From Cellulosimicrobium sp. (GTDB lineage: Bacteria > Actinomycetota > Actinomycetes > Actinomycetales > Cellulomonadaceae): a DNA stretch of 64,000 nt. Below are positions 9,449-18,679 of this stretch, one piece after another (the first letter of the stretch is position 1; each line of letters begins with the position of its first letter). The stretch spans positions 481 through 64,480 of the forward strand of contig JAQSXO010000001.1 of the NCBI GenBank assembly GCA_029256625.1. Reading direction: 5' to 3'. The position numbers and the translations under genes were made by a program. The notes under the pieces are model-generated. The model did not search any database and was not told the DNA's origin. It was given only the letters and a program-made list of their open reading frames with translations.

Positions 9449-10766
9449 GCACGGTCTCGACGTGCCGGACGTCGGCGCGCACCCGCCACCACCATGGGTT
9501 CCCGTGACCGCTCTGCAGCCCGGGCCGATCCGGAGGATCGTGTGGCGGATGGCCTCGTGGCTCCCGCCTGCCCTCTTCCTCCGGATCGCGCGGCCGGCCG
9601 AGAGCCGGGACCCTTCCGCGATCCCGCGTGTGCAGGTCCCGGCGACGCCGGTGCGCCTGTTCGTCGGACCGACGAACGCTGCTGGACAGGGCTGGGCGTG
9701 GGCACGTGCCGTCGAGCGGTCCGCCGACGGGGTCGGCGCGCAGAGCATGGCCTACCGGCGGTCCCTGGCGTTCCCGGCCGACGTCGACGCCCGGGCGGCG
9801 TTGCGCGGCTCGCGAGCATGGCAGTCCGCCCAGCGCCGTGGCGTGCTGCGTTTCAGCCACGTGGTGCTCGAGGCCCAGGAGTCGCTGTTCCCCGCGCTCG
9901 GACGGGGGGTCGCGGGCGAGGTGCAGGACCTGCGCGACGCGGGAGTCGCGGTCGCGACGCTCAGCCACGGCAGCGACGTCCGCCTCCCGAGCGCTCACGC
10001 GCAGCGAGACCCGTGGTCGCCGTTCCTGCTCGAGTCCTACACCGACACGCCGCTGCTCCAGGCCCGCGCGGAGCGGAGCCAGGAGCTGCTCCGACGGCTC
10101 CACGAGGAGGGCGTCCCTGCCTTCGTCTCGACCCCCGACCTGCTGCTCGACGTCCCGTGGGCGACGTGGCTCCCCGTCGTGGTGGACGTCGAGCGGTGGA
10201 GGACGGACACCGTTCCGCTCGAGCGCGACGTCCCCGTCGTCGTGCACGCTCCGAGCCGCGCAGCGCTGAAGGGGACGGACCTGGTCGAACCCGTGCTCCG
10301 CGCGCTCGAGCGAGAGGGCCGCGTGGTGTACCGGCAGGCGACGGGGCTCGACCGCGACGGGATGCTCGCGCTCTACCGCGACTCGGACGTCGTCATCGAC
10401 CAGCTCCGCCTGGGGATCTACGGAGTGGCGGCCTGCGAGGCCATGGCCGCGGGCAGGGTCGTCGTCTCGCACGTCTCCCACCAGTCGCGTCGGGAGGCGA
10501 GGAAGGCCGCCGGGCAGGACCTCCCCGTCGTCGAGGCGACGGCGGACACCCTCCGCGACGTGCTGCTCGACGTGGTCGGCGACCGGGACCGAGCACGGGC
10601 TGTCGCGGCTCGCGGCCCCGAGTTCGTGCGGGTGCTGCACGACGGTCGCGCATCCTCTCGGGCCCTGGGCGGCTTCCTGTCGTCCCGTGGCGGCTCGAGC
10701 GTCCCCGGAAGCACCCGGCGCACGGCCGACGCGCGGGCGTCGAGTGCGAGGAGGAGGCAGTCGTGA
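9432..10766 (+). CDS. Putative GT-B fold glycosyltransferase of an uncharacterised family (paralog 1)
   Basis: HGSDVR, VSTPDLL, VVHAPS..LKGT, DVVIDQ..GIYGVAACEAMAAGRVV; start uncertain. Confidence 0.65.
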   Translation: MVQLAEHGLDVPDVGAHPPPPWVPVTALQPGPIRRIVWRMASWLPPALFLRIARPAESRDPSAIPRVQVPATPVRLFVGPTNAAGQGWAWARAVERSADGVGAQSMAYRRSLAFPADVDARAALRGSRAWQSAQRRGVLRFSHVVLEAQESLFPALGRGVAGEVQDLRDAGVAVATLSHGSDVRLPSAHAQRDPWSPFLLESYTDTPLLQARAERSQELLRRLHEEGVPAFVSTPDLLLDVPWATWLPVVVDVERWRTDTVPLERDVPVVVHAPSRAALKGTDLVEPVLRALEREGRVVYRQATGLDRDGMLALYRDSDVVIDQLRLGIYGVAACEAMAAGRVVVSHVSHQSRREARKAAGQDLPVVEATADTLRDVLLDVVGDRDRARAVAARGPEFVRVLHDGRASSRALGGFLSSRGGSSVPGSTRRTADARASSARRRQS

Positions 10767-11986
10767 GCGTGGTCAACAGGCTGGTCAGCACCCTGGTGGC
10801 GAAGCGCTCCCGGCTCCCACGCCGGGTCAACGCGATGATCGACCGGCTCGTCGCGCCCGGGTCGGGGCCGCTGGGCCGGTTGCTCCAACGCGTCGCCGGC
10901 GTGACGGTGGCACGCAGCGTCGCCCCTCCGCCGCCGGTGCCCGAGGAGGCTGTGCGGCTGTACGTCGGGCCGACGAACTATGCCGGGCAGGGGTACCTGT
11001 GGTGCCGGGCCGTGGAGCGCGAGATCGACGGGGTCGCCGCGGTCAACATGGCCGCCGAGGCCGACCACGGCTTCCGTTTCCCGGCGGACGACGCCGTGCC
11101 GATCGCCACCTACCTGATGAGCCACCGCTGGCAGCAGGAACGTGAGGCGTACGTGCGGAGGTTCACGCACGTCGTGTTCGAGGCGGAGCGTCCGCTCTTC
11201 GGCCGGCTCCACGGGGGTGACGCCTTCGCCGAGGCGCGGATGCTGCGTGACGCCGGCCTGCGCGTCGCGATGATGTGCCACGGCACCGACGTGCGTCTGC
11301 CGAGCCGGCATCGGCAGGAGAGCCCGTGGTCGCCGTTCCACGACGACCCACGCTTCGAGGTTCTCGAGGACGCCGCACGCCGCAACCTGGCGGGCCTGGC
11401 CGCCCTGGGCGCCCCCGTCTTCGTCTCGACACCGGACCTGCTGGACGACGTGCCCTCGGCGACGTGGTGCCCCGTCGTGGTCGACGCCTCCCGCTGGCGC
11501 ACCGACGCGGCCGTGCTCGAGCGCGAGCGGCTCCGCGTCGTCCACGTCCCGAGCAGCTCAGGGGTGAAGGGCACCGCCCTCATCAGCCCGGTCCTGGAGC
11601 GCCTCGCCTCGGAGGGCGTCGTGGACTACGAGCACGTCCAGGGCGTGCCGGCGGCCGAGATGCCCGCCCTCTACGCGGGCGCCGACGTCGTCCTCGACCA
11701 GTTCCGGCTCGGGAGCTACGGCGCGGCGGCGTGCGAGGCGATGGCGGCCGGACGAGTCGTGGTCGGTCACGTCACACGGCCGGTGCGGGAGCGCGTCCGC
11801 GACGCCACCGGACGAGAGCTGCCGATCGTGGAGGCGACACCCGACACGTTGAGGGACACGCTGCTCGACATCGCCGCACGCCGCGACACGTATCGTGCCG
11901 AGGCCGCCGCCGGACCGGACTTCGTCGCGTCGGTGCACGACGGCGTGCACTCCGCAGCGACGATGCGAGCGTTCCTGGCGTCGTGA
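10763..11986 (+). CDS. Putative GT-B fold glycosyltransferase (paralog 2)
   Basis: Same motifs as the upstream gene (HGTDVR, VSTPDLL, KGT, DQFRLGSYGAAACEAMAAG); GGAGG SD; GTGA overlap. Confidence 0.7.
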   Translation: MSVVNRLVSTLVAKRSRLPRRVNAMIDRLVAPGSGPLGRLLQRVAGVTVARSVAPPPPVPEEAVRLYVGPTNYAGQGYLWCRAVEREIDGVAAVNMAAEADHGFRFPADDAVPIATYLMSHRWQQEREAYVRRFTHVVFEAERPLFGRLHGGDAFAEARMLRDAGLRVAMMCHGTDVRLPSRHRQESPWSPFHDDPRFEVLEDAARRNLAGLAALGAPVFVSTPDLLDDVPSATWCPVVVDASRWRTDAAVLERERLRVVHVPSSSGVKGTALISPVLERLASEGVVDYEHVQGVPAAEMPALYAGADVVLDQFRLGSYGAAACEAMAAGRVVVGHVTRPVRERVRDATGRELPIVEATPDTLRDTLLDIAARRDTYRAEAAAGPDFVASVHDGVHSAATMRAFLAS

Positions 11987-12060
11987 CCGTCGCGACCCGC
12001 AGTCGCGCACCGTGCCGCCTGGTGCCACGAGAGTTGAAGGACCGAGCAGAGGAGCAGTGA

Positions 12061-13143
12061 GTGGTGCAGTCGTCCGACCCCGTCGTCGACCTCGTGGTCG
12101 CCGTCCACAGCACGGCGCGACCCGTCGAGCGAGCCGTGGCGTCGGTGCTCGCGCACACGCGGACGCCGCTCCGCGTCACGGTCGTCTGCCACGACGTCGA
12201 CCCGGGGCTGATCGCCGAGAAGCTGGGCGCGTCGGCCGACGACCCGCGAGTACGCCTGATCGAGCACCGGGACGGGGTCCGTTCGCCGTCCGGTCCCTTC
12301 AACCGTGGCATGGACGAGGCGACGGCCCCTTTCGTCTCGATCATGGGCTCCGACGACCTGCTCGAGCCGGGAACGGTCGACTCCTGGGTGGAGCGCCAGC
12401 GTGCCGGCGACGCCGACGTGGTGGTGACGCACCTGCGGCACGCGGCGGGCGCCTACGTCCCCACGCCGCCGGTGCGGCCGTGGCGGACCCGCCGTCTCGA
12501 CGGTTCACGGGACCGGCTCGCCTACCGGAGCGCGCCGCTGGGCATCGTCCGGCGCAGCGCCTTCCCCGGGCTGCGGCTCACGGAGGGCGCACCGGTGGGA
12601 GGCGACATCGCGTTCGTGCTCGCGCTGTGGTTCTCGGGTCGGCGCATCAGCTACGACCGGACGGGGCCGGCGTACGTCATCGGGGCCGACGCCGCGGACC
12701 GGGTGACCTTCCGCCCGAAGCCCGTGGCCGAGGAGTTCACCTATCTCTCGAGCCTGCTGGAGGATGAGTCGTTCCTGGGCCTGGGCCCGCGGGAGAAGGC
12801 CTCCTACGCCGTGAAGTTCTTGCGCGTCCAGGTCTTCGGGGCCGTGCACAACCGCCCGGACCCCGACTTCTGGACCGCGGACGAGCGTGCGGCGCTCCGC
12901 GCGGTGACCCTGCAGGTCCTCGCCCTCGCGCCCGGGGCGGAGCGCGTCCTCTCGATCGCGGACCGTCGCGTCCTGGACGCGGTGCTCGACCCGGGGACCC
13001 CCGTCGAGGTCCTCTTCGAGCGCAGCGTCGCGCGCCGCCGGTTCCGCAGTCCGGCCGCCCTCGTGACGCGCGACCTGACGAGGGTCCTGGCGCGGGAGGC
13101 CCCCCTGCGCTTCATGGTCGCCTCGGTGCTCTCGCGGCGGTAG
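12061..13143 (+). CDS. GT2 (GT-A fold) glycosyltransferase
   Basis: VDLVVAVH, RAVASVL, PSGPFNRG, MGSDD; GAGGAG SD upstream. Confidence 0.7.
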   Translation: MVQSSDPVVDLVVAVHSTARPVERAVASVLAHTRTPLRVTVVCHDVDPGLIAEKLGASADDPRVRLIEHRDGVRSPSGPFNRGMDEATAPFVSIMGSDDLLEPGTVDSWVERQRAGDADVVVTHLRHAAGAYVPTPPVRPWRTRRLDGSRDRLAYRSAPLGIVRRSAFPGLRLTEGAPVGGDIAFVLALWFSGRRISYDRTGPAYVIGADAADRVTFRPKPVAEEFTYLSSLLEDESFLGLGPREKASYAVKFLRVQVFGAVHNRPDPDFWTADERAALRAVTLQVLALAPGAERVLSIADRRVLDAVLDPGTPVEVLFERSVARRRFRSPAALVTRDLTRVLAREAPLRFMVASVLSRR

Positions 13144-13238
13144 GGGACGAACGCCCCGAGGCGCGGGACCGGCGGGTTCGGGACCCCGGACGCGCTTCGG
13201 TAGACTCGCCCGGTTCTCGAACTCTGACCTGGAGACCC

Positions 13239-14426
13239 ATGCGCATCGCATACATCGTCCACAACGACACCCATGGCGACGCGCGGGTCCTGAAGTACCT
13301 CGACTCCGCTGCCGCGAACGGTGACGAGGCGCGGCTCTTCGCCGTGGGCGGTGGAGTGACGCGGTTCCCCCCGGGCGAGGAACGTCGGCCGAGCGGTGGG
13401 GTGATCGTCCGGCTGGGTCCTCGTCTCCGAACGGCGGACAAGGTCAAGCCCGGCCCGAAGTCCCGACGCCGGTGGCTCCAGCTCGGCCTGCGGCAGTGGA
13501 CGTTCGCGTTCCGCGCCGCCGCGGCGATCCGCCGCTGGAAGCCGGACGTCGTGCACGCGCACGACGCCGACACCCTGTTCGCCGCCCTGCTGGTGCGCCT
13601 GGTGAGCAGGACACCGTTCGTCTACGACGCGCACGAGATCTGGGAGGCGCAGACGCTCCCGCCGAGGATCGCGGCCTACTACCGATGGATCCTCGACCGA
13701 TCCTCGTCGCGGTGGGCGGGGACCATCACCGTCTCGCGGGGGATCCAGCGCTGGATGACCGAGCGTTTCGCGCTCCGCACCGAGCCGTCCCTGGTGCGGA
13801 ACGTCCCGCTCGCGGCGTCCTTGCCGGTTCCGGGCAGCACGGGCGTCCTGCGGTCGGCGGCCGAGATCCCCGAAGGCGCCCGCCTCGTCGTCCACGTCGG
13901 CCTCATCGGTCCGGCGCGCGGCGTGGCGGAGACGGTCAAGGCGCTGGCGTTCCTGCCCGACGACGTGTACCTCGCCCTCATCGGGCCGGCGCCGAAGCGC
14001 TCACGCGACCACATCGCCTCGGTCGCGCGGGAGCACGGGGTGGCCGACCGGGTGCGGTTCGTGGCTCCGGTGGAGTCCGACGCGGTGCCCACCGCGATCT
14101 CCGACGCCGACGTCTCGGTCGTCTACCCGCAGCCCGTGAGCCTCAACTCGATCTACAGCCTGCCGAACAAGCTGTTCCAGTCGATCCAGGCGGGTCTGCC
14201 CGTCGTGGCCTCGGACGCCGAGGACGTCGCCGAGGTCGTCACGTCGCTGGGGATCGGCGTCGTCGCCCCTGCGCGCGACGTCGCGGCGCTCGCACGCGCG
14301 ATCGCCGAGGTCCTCGAGTCCGGCGACGTGTACCGGGAGGCGGCGCGACGTGCCGCACCGGACATGACCTGGGAGCACGAGTTCGCTCGCGCGGCCGAGC
14401 TCTACGACGCGGTGGTGGCACGATGA
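13239..14426 (+). CDS. GT4 glycosyltransferase
   Basis: DARVLK, DVVHAHD, VYDAHE, SLPNKLFQSIQAGLPVVAS; TAGACT -10-like at 13201 and GGAG SD. Confidence 0.85.
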   Translation: MRIAYIVHNDTHGDARVLKYLDSAAANGDEARLFAVGGGVTRFPPGEERRPSGGVIVRLGPRLRTADKVKPGPKSRRRWLQLGLRQWTFAFRAAAAIRRWKPDVVHAHDADTLFAALLVRLVSRTPFVYDAHEIWEAQTLPPRIAAYYRWILDRSSSRWAGTITVSRGIQRWMTERFALRTEPSLVRNVPLAASLPVPGSTGVLRSAAEIPEGARLVVHVGLIGPARGVAETVKALAFLPDDVYLALIGPAPKRSRDHIASVAREHGVADRVRFVAPVESDAVPTAISDADVSVVYPQPVSLNSIYSLPNKLFQSIQAGLPVVASDAEDVAEVVTSLGIGVVAPARDVAALARAIAEVLESGDVYREAARRAAPDMTWEHEFARAAELYDAVVAR

Positions 14427-16204
14427 AGCGGCTCCTCGACCAGTACCGATCGATCTCGCCGTACCTGCCGCGCAGCGCGCAGCGGTTCCTCGTGTTCTTC
14501 TCGATCGGTTCCGCCTTCCTCTCGGTGCTCGACGTCGTGGCGCTCCTGCTGCTGTCGAGCGTCCTGGCGGCCGCGGTCGGCGGGGGAGAGTTCTCGATCC
14601 CGCTGCTCGGCACGATCCCTGCGGACGCCGTCCCGGCGCTGATCCTCGTCCTCTCGGGCGTCGTCCTCCTCAAGTCCGCGATGGGGGTCGCCCTGCAGTG
14701 GAAGGCGACCCGCCACTTCGCGGGCTTCGAGCTCTCGGTCGGCGACCACCTCTTCCGCTCCTACATCCACTCCCCGTGGACCGAGCGGATCAACATCAGC
14801 ACGCCGAGGGTCATCCAGCTCACCGACGGCGGCGTGTCGAGCGTGGTGGGCGGACTGCTCCTGCCCCTGACCACGGTCCCCGGACTGCTCGTGACCGCGG
14901 TCGGCGTGGTCGTGATCATCTTCCTGCAGCAGCCGTTCACGGCGGTCATCACGCTCGCCTACCTCGGAGGGATCGGCGTCCTCCAGTACTACGTGCTCGG
15001 CAGGCGCACCCGGGTGGCCGCGCGGGTGGCTCGCGACTCGTCCCTCAAGGTCGCGGGACTGCTCACGGGCATGATGGCGGCGCTCAAGGAGATCACTCTC
15101 CGGGAGAAGGAGGACGAGGTCGCGCAGGCGGTCGCGCGGACCAGGGCACGGACCTCGCGGGCCCGGTCCAACCTGTACTTCCTGCGGGCGGTCCCACGGT
15201 TCGTGCTCGACGCCGCCGTGATCGGCGGGTTCGTGCTGACGGGTGGCGTGGGCTACGCCATGGGCGGCATGACGGAGGCGGTCTCGGCTCTCGCCCTGTT
15301 CGGCATCGCCGGCTTCCGGCTGGTGCCGTCCATCACCTCGTTCCAGTCGATCGTCACCAGCTCGGTGTCGGCAGACCCCTACATCCGGACGATCATCGGG
15401 GACATCGAGCGCTCGCAGCGGCCGGCGGCCGCCGAGACCGGCGGGGACGACGCCGGCCCCGCGCTCCCCAACTCGATGGCGATCGAGATGCGCCACGTCT
15501 CCTACACGTACCCGACGGGTACCGAGCCGGCCCTGCGCGACGTCGACCTGACGATCCCGTTCGGGTCGACGGTCGGCATCGTCGGCGCGTCCGGCGCCGG
15601 CAAGTCGACGCTGGTCGACATCCTGCTCGGGCTGCTCGAGCCGAGCGACGGAACGGTGTCGTTCGGTGGCGGGGCGCACGCACAGCGCCCGTCGGAGTGG
15701 AGGCGGCACGTGGGCTACGTGCCGCAGGCGGTCGCCCTCTTCGACGGCTCGATCGCCCAGAACGTGGCGCTGACGTGGGGGGGCGACTTCGACAGGGAGC
15801 GCGTCGAGAAGGCCTTGCGGCGTGCGCAGCTCTGGGACGCCGTCACCGCGCGGGCGCGCGGGATGGACGAGCGGATCGGCGAGGGCGGGCTGGCGCTGTC
15901 GGGCGGGCAGCGCCAGCGTCTGGGGATCGCGCGGGCGCTCTACTCGGACCCGCTCGTGGTCGTCCTCGACGAGGCCACGAGCGCTCTCGACACGAAGACG
16001 GAGGCGGACGTGGCGGCGGCGATCAACGAGCTGGCGGGCGACGTGACGGTCATCTCGGTCGCGCACCGTCTGTCGACCATCCGGGACGCCGACAAGATCC
16101 TCTACATGGAGTCGGGCGAGATCGTCGCGTCCGGGAGGTTCGACGACGTCGTCGCCGCCAGCCCGGCGTTCCACACGCAGGCCAGCCTCGCCGGCCTGGT
16201 CTAG
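14423..16204 (+). CDS. ABC transporter, fused permease/ATPase (PglK/MsbA-type lipid-linked glycan flippase)
   Basis: N-terminal TM domain; Walker A GASGAGKST, LSGGQRQR, DEATSALD, AHRLSTI; ATGA overlap; flanked by glycosyltransferases. Confidence 0.85.
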   Translation: MKRLLDQYRSISPYLPRSAQRFLVFFSIGSAFLSVLDVVALLLLSSVLAAAVGGGEFSIPLLGTIPADAVPALILVLSGVVLLKSAMGVALQWKATRHFAGFELSVGDHLFRSYIHSPWTERINISTPRVIQLTDGGVSSVVGGLLLPLTTVPGLLVTAVGVVVIIFLQQPFTAVITLAYLGGIGVLQYYVLGRRTRVAARVARDSSLKVAGLLTGMMAALKEITLREKEDEVAQAVARTRARTSRARSNLYFLRAVPRFVLDAAVIGGFVLTGGVGYAMGGMTEAVSALALFGIAGFRLVPSITSFQSIVTSSVSADPYIRTIIGDIERSQRPAAAETGGDDAGPALPNSMAIEMRHVSYTYPTGTEPALRDVDLTIPFGSTVGIVGASGAGKSTLVDILLGLLEPSDGTVSFGGGAHAQRPSEWRRHVGYVPQAVALFDGSIAQNVALTWGGDFDRERVEKALRRAQLWDAVTARARGMDERIGEGGLALSGGQRQRLGIARALYSDPLVVVLDEATSALDTKTEADVAAAINELAGDVTVISVAHRLSTIRDADKILYMESGEIVASGRFDDVVAASPAFHTQASLAGLV

Positions 16205-16221
16205 CGCGGTCAGGACGAACC

Positions 16222-17385
16222 ATGACGACGACGGACACGTTGCTCATCCTGTCCTTCTCCCGGCTGGAGCAGGACGCCCGACTGCGGCGCCAGATCGCAC
16301 TGTTCGCCGACAGGTACCGCGTGGTCACCGCAGGGTGGGGGCCCCCGGTGCCCGGCGCGGAGCGGCACGTCGAGCTCCCCGTCCCGGTCTCGGCAGGCTG
16401 GCGCCGACGCGTACGGTTCTACGTCGAGGCCGTCCTGCTGCGCCTGCACGCCTATCGGCTCCTCTACTGGACCCAGCCCGCCGTGCGGACGGCTCGCCGC
16501 GTGGTGCGTCGGGAACGCCCGGACAGGATCCTGGCGAACGACATCGAGACTCTGCCGCTCGCCCTCGGGCTCGCGCCCGGGGCGAGCGTGCACGCGGACC
16601 TGCACGAGTTCTACCCGGGCCTGCACGACGACAACCCCCGCTGGGTGCGGGTGCGCAAGCCGTACCTGGAGTGGTTGATCCGGCGGTACGCGCCCCGTGC
16701 TGGTTCCCTCACGACCGTCGGGGCGAGCGTCGCCGAGGCCTATCGGCCGTTCGGGCTCGACCTGGACGTCGTGACCAACTCGCCGTCCTTCGTCGCGATG
16801 GAGCCGACACCGGTGGGGTACCCCGTCCGGATCGTGCACCCCGGCGCGTCGCTCCGGAGCCGGCGGCTCGAGAACATGGTGGCCGCCGTGGCCGCCTCGA
16901 CCGCGGACGTCCGTCTCACCCTCTTCCTCACGGGGAACGACCCCGCGTACGTGGCGGAGCTCCGGGCCCTGGCCGAGGGGCTCGGTGATCGCGTCCGTGT
17001 CGAGGACGCCGTCCCGCACGACGAGCTGCTCGCGCTCGTCAACACGTACGACGTCGGCATCCACGTCCTGCCGCCGACCGTCACCAACAACGCGCTCGCG
17101 CTCCCGAATAAGTTCTTCGACTACGTCCAGGCGCGGGTCGGGGTCGTCGTCGGTCCGACCCCGGCGATGGCCCGTCTCGTGCAGGAGCACGGCCTCGGCG
17201 CGGTGACGGACGGCTTCGACGTGGACGCCGTCCGCGCGGTCGTCGACGCGCTCACGCCGGAGCGGGTCGCGGGATGGAAGCGCGCGGCGGACGCCGCTGC
17301 GCACGAGCTCTCCGCCGAGGCGCAGCTGCCGGTGTGGGTGCGCGCCGTGGAACGGCTTCGACCGGCCCGGCGGTCCGGCGACTGA
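16222..17385 (+). CDS. GT-B glycosyltransferase
   Basis: DARLRRQI, HADLHE, YDVGI, ALPNKFFDYVQAR. Confidence 0.75.
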   Translation: MTTTDTLLILSFSRLEQDARLRRQIALFADRYRVVTAGWGPPVPGAERHVELPVPVSAGWRRRVRFYVEAVLLRLHAYRLLYWTQPAVRTARRVVRRERPDRILANDIETLPLALGLAPGASVHADLHEFYPGLHDDNPRWVRVRKPYLEWLIRRYAPRAGSLTTVGASVAEAYRPFGLDLDVVTNSPSFVAMEPTPVGYPVRIVHPGASLRSRRLENMVAAVAASTADVRLTLFLTGNDPAYVAELRALAEGLGDRVRVEDAVPHDELLALVNTYDVGIHVLPPTVTNNALALPNKFFDYVQARVGVVVGPTPAMARLVQEHGLGAVTDGFDVDAVRAVVDALTPERVAGWKRAADAAAHELSAEAQLPVWVRAVERLRPARRSGD

Positions 17386-17420
17386 GCGGACGGGGTCGCC
17401 GCTCGGCGACCTGAGCCCCC

Positions 17421-18617
17421 TCAGCGGGCGCGGGCGTCGCTCTCGACCGCGGCGAGGAAGGCTTCACGCTCGACCTCGGCGTTCAGCACGTCGGCGGCGC
17501 GGTGCGACGCGGCCTTGATGCGCGCGACGTCGTCGACCGTCAGCTCGCCCAGCGACGCGGCGAGATCGGCGGCGTCGAAGCCGGGGACCACGACGCCGAT
17601 GCCGAGCTCGCGGACGATCTCGGCCATCGCCGGGCTCTCGCCGACGACGACTCCGAGCCGTCCCTGGACCGCCTCGAAGAACTTGTTCGGGAGCGCGAAC
17701 TCGAGGTTCCGTTCCAGCGGCCGGTAGAAGATGATCTCGAGGTCGTACTCGTTGATCCGTTCGGCCAGCTCGCGCATGGGCGCGGGAGGCACGATCCGGA
17801 TGCGTGCACCCGCCGGGTGTGCCGCGATCGACTCGCGAAGACGTGCCTCGACTGCCGGGTTCGGCATGAGCATGAAGGTCATCGAGAAGTGCTCCGGGAG
17901 CAGGCGCATCGCGTCGAGGATCGCGTCGAAACCTCGTTTCCACGACGCGAGGCCGTGGAAGAGGAGCCGGATCTCGGCCGGGTCGACAGGGCTGGGCGCC
18001 TGGTCGACGAACGGCGGGATGTTGCGTACCGGGACCAGGGGGTCGACGCCGAACTCGTCGACGTAGAGCCGGCCGATCGGGGCGTTCACGACGGAGCGGG
18101 ACGTGAACGCGGGGTGCCCGATGAAGCCGCGCACCCACCGGTAGTGCGACCCGGTGATCCGTGCGCCGAGCGTCTGGCGGCGCTGGGTGGGGTTGTGGTA
18201 CTCGTGCAGGTCGAGATGGAGCCGCGCCCGGCGGGCCGCCGGCGTGAAGACCGACGGGTCGGCGAGGAGCGGCCCGAACTCCGTCTCGTTGAACACGACC
18301 AGGTCGTACTGCCCGGAACGCAGCCGGTCCCGGGCGGCGCGCGGGATCCGGTCGACGACCTGTCGCCGGAACCGGACCGTCGCGGGAAGCAGGAGCTGGG
18401 CGGCGAGCACGCCCGCTCGCGTCGTCACCCAGCGGGACGGTGCCTCGAGCGGGAAGTGGTCCCTGACGGCCGTGGTCGGACGGCCGCCGAGCCCGAGCGT
18501 GTCGACCTCCCACCCCGCTTCCGCGAGCCAGTCCACCTGCCGGCGGACCCGAGGGTCCGACTCGATGACCGAGTACGAGAGCACGAGGGCCGATCGTGTT
18601 CCGTTCGAGCTGGTCAC
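17421..18617 (-). CDS. GT-B glycosyltransferase, convergent paralog of 16222-17385
   Basis: DPRVRRQV, HLDLHEY, YDLEI, ALPNKFFEAVQGR. Confidence 0.75.
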   Translation of the reverse strand: MTSSNGTRSALVLSYSVIESDPRVRRQVDWLAEAGWEVDTLGLGGRPTTAVRDHFPLEAPSRWVTTRAGVLAAQLLLPATVRFRRQVVDRIPRAARDRLRSGQYDLVVFNETEFGPLLADPSVFTPAARRARLHLDLHEYHNPTQRRQTLGARITGSHYRWVRGFIGHPAFTSRSVVNAPIGRLYVDEFGVDPLVPVRNIPPFVDQAPSPVDPAEIRLLFHGLASWKRGFDAILDAMRLLPEHFSMTFMLMPNPAVEARLRESIAAHPAGARIRIVPPAPMRELAERINEYDLEIIFYRPLERNLEFALPNKFFEAVQGRLGVVVGESPAMAEIVRELGIGVVVPGFDAADLAASLGELTVDDVARIKAASHRAADVLNAEVEREAFLAAVESDARAR

Positions 18618-18632
18618 TCAGGCTTCACCTCT

Positions 18633-18654
18633 CGTCGACGGGCGCCCGTCGACG
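18633..18654. promoter_or_regulatory. Perfect 22-bp palindrome in the leader of the 17421-18617 gene
   Basis: CGTCGACGGGCGCCCGTCGACG between a minus-strand TAGGAT (18664-18669) and the GTG start; function unknown. Confidence 0.4.
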
Positions 18655-18679
18655 CCGACCGCGATCCTATCGGAGGCCG

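Noticed and set aside
9075-16221. Apparent long N-terminal extensions or fusions in the ORF track (9075, 9494, 13472, 14698)
   Set aside because: True starts are downstream, with SD motifs or ATGA/GTGA overlaps; the extensions are off-frame read-through of upstream genes, not frameshifts
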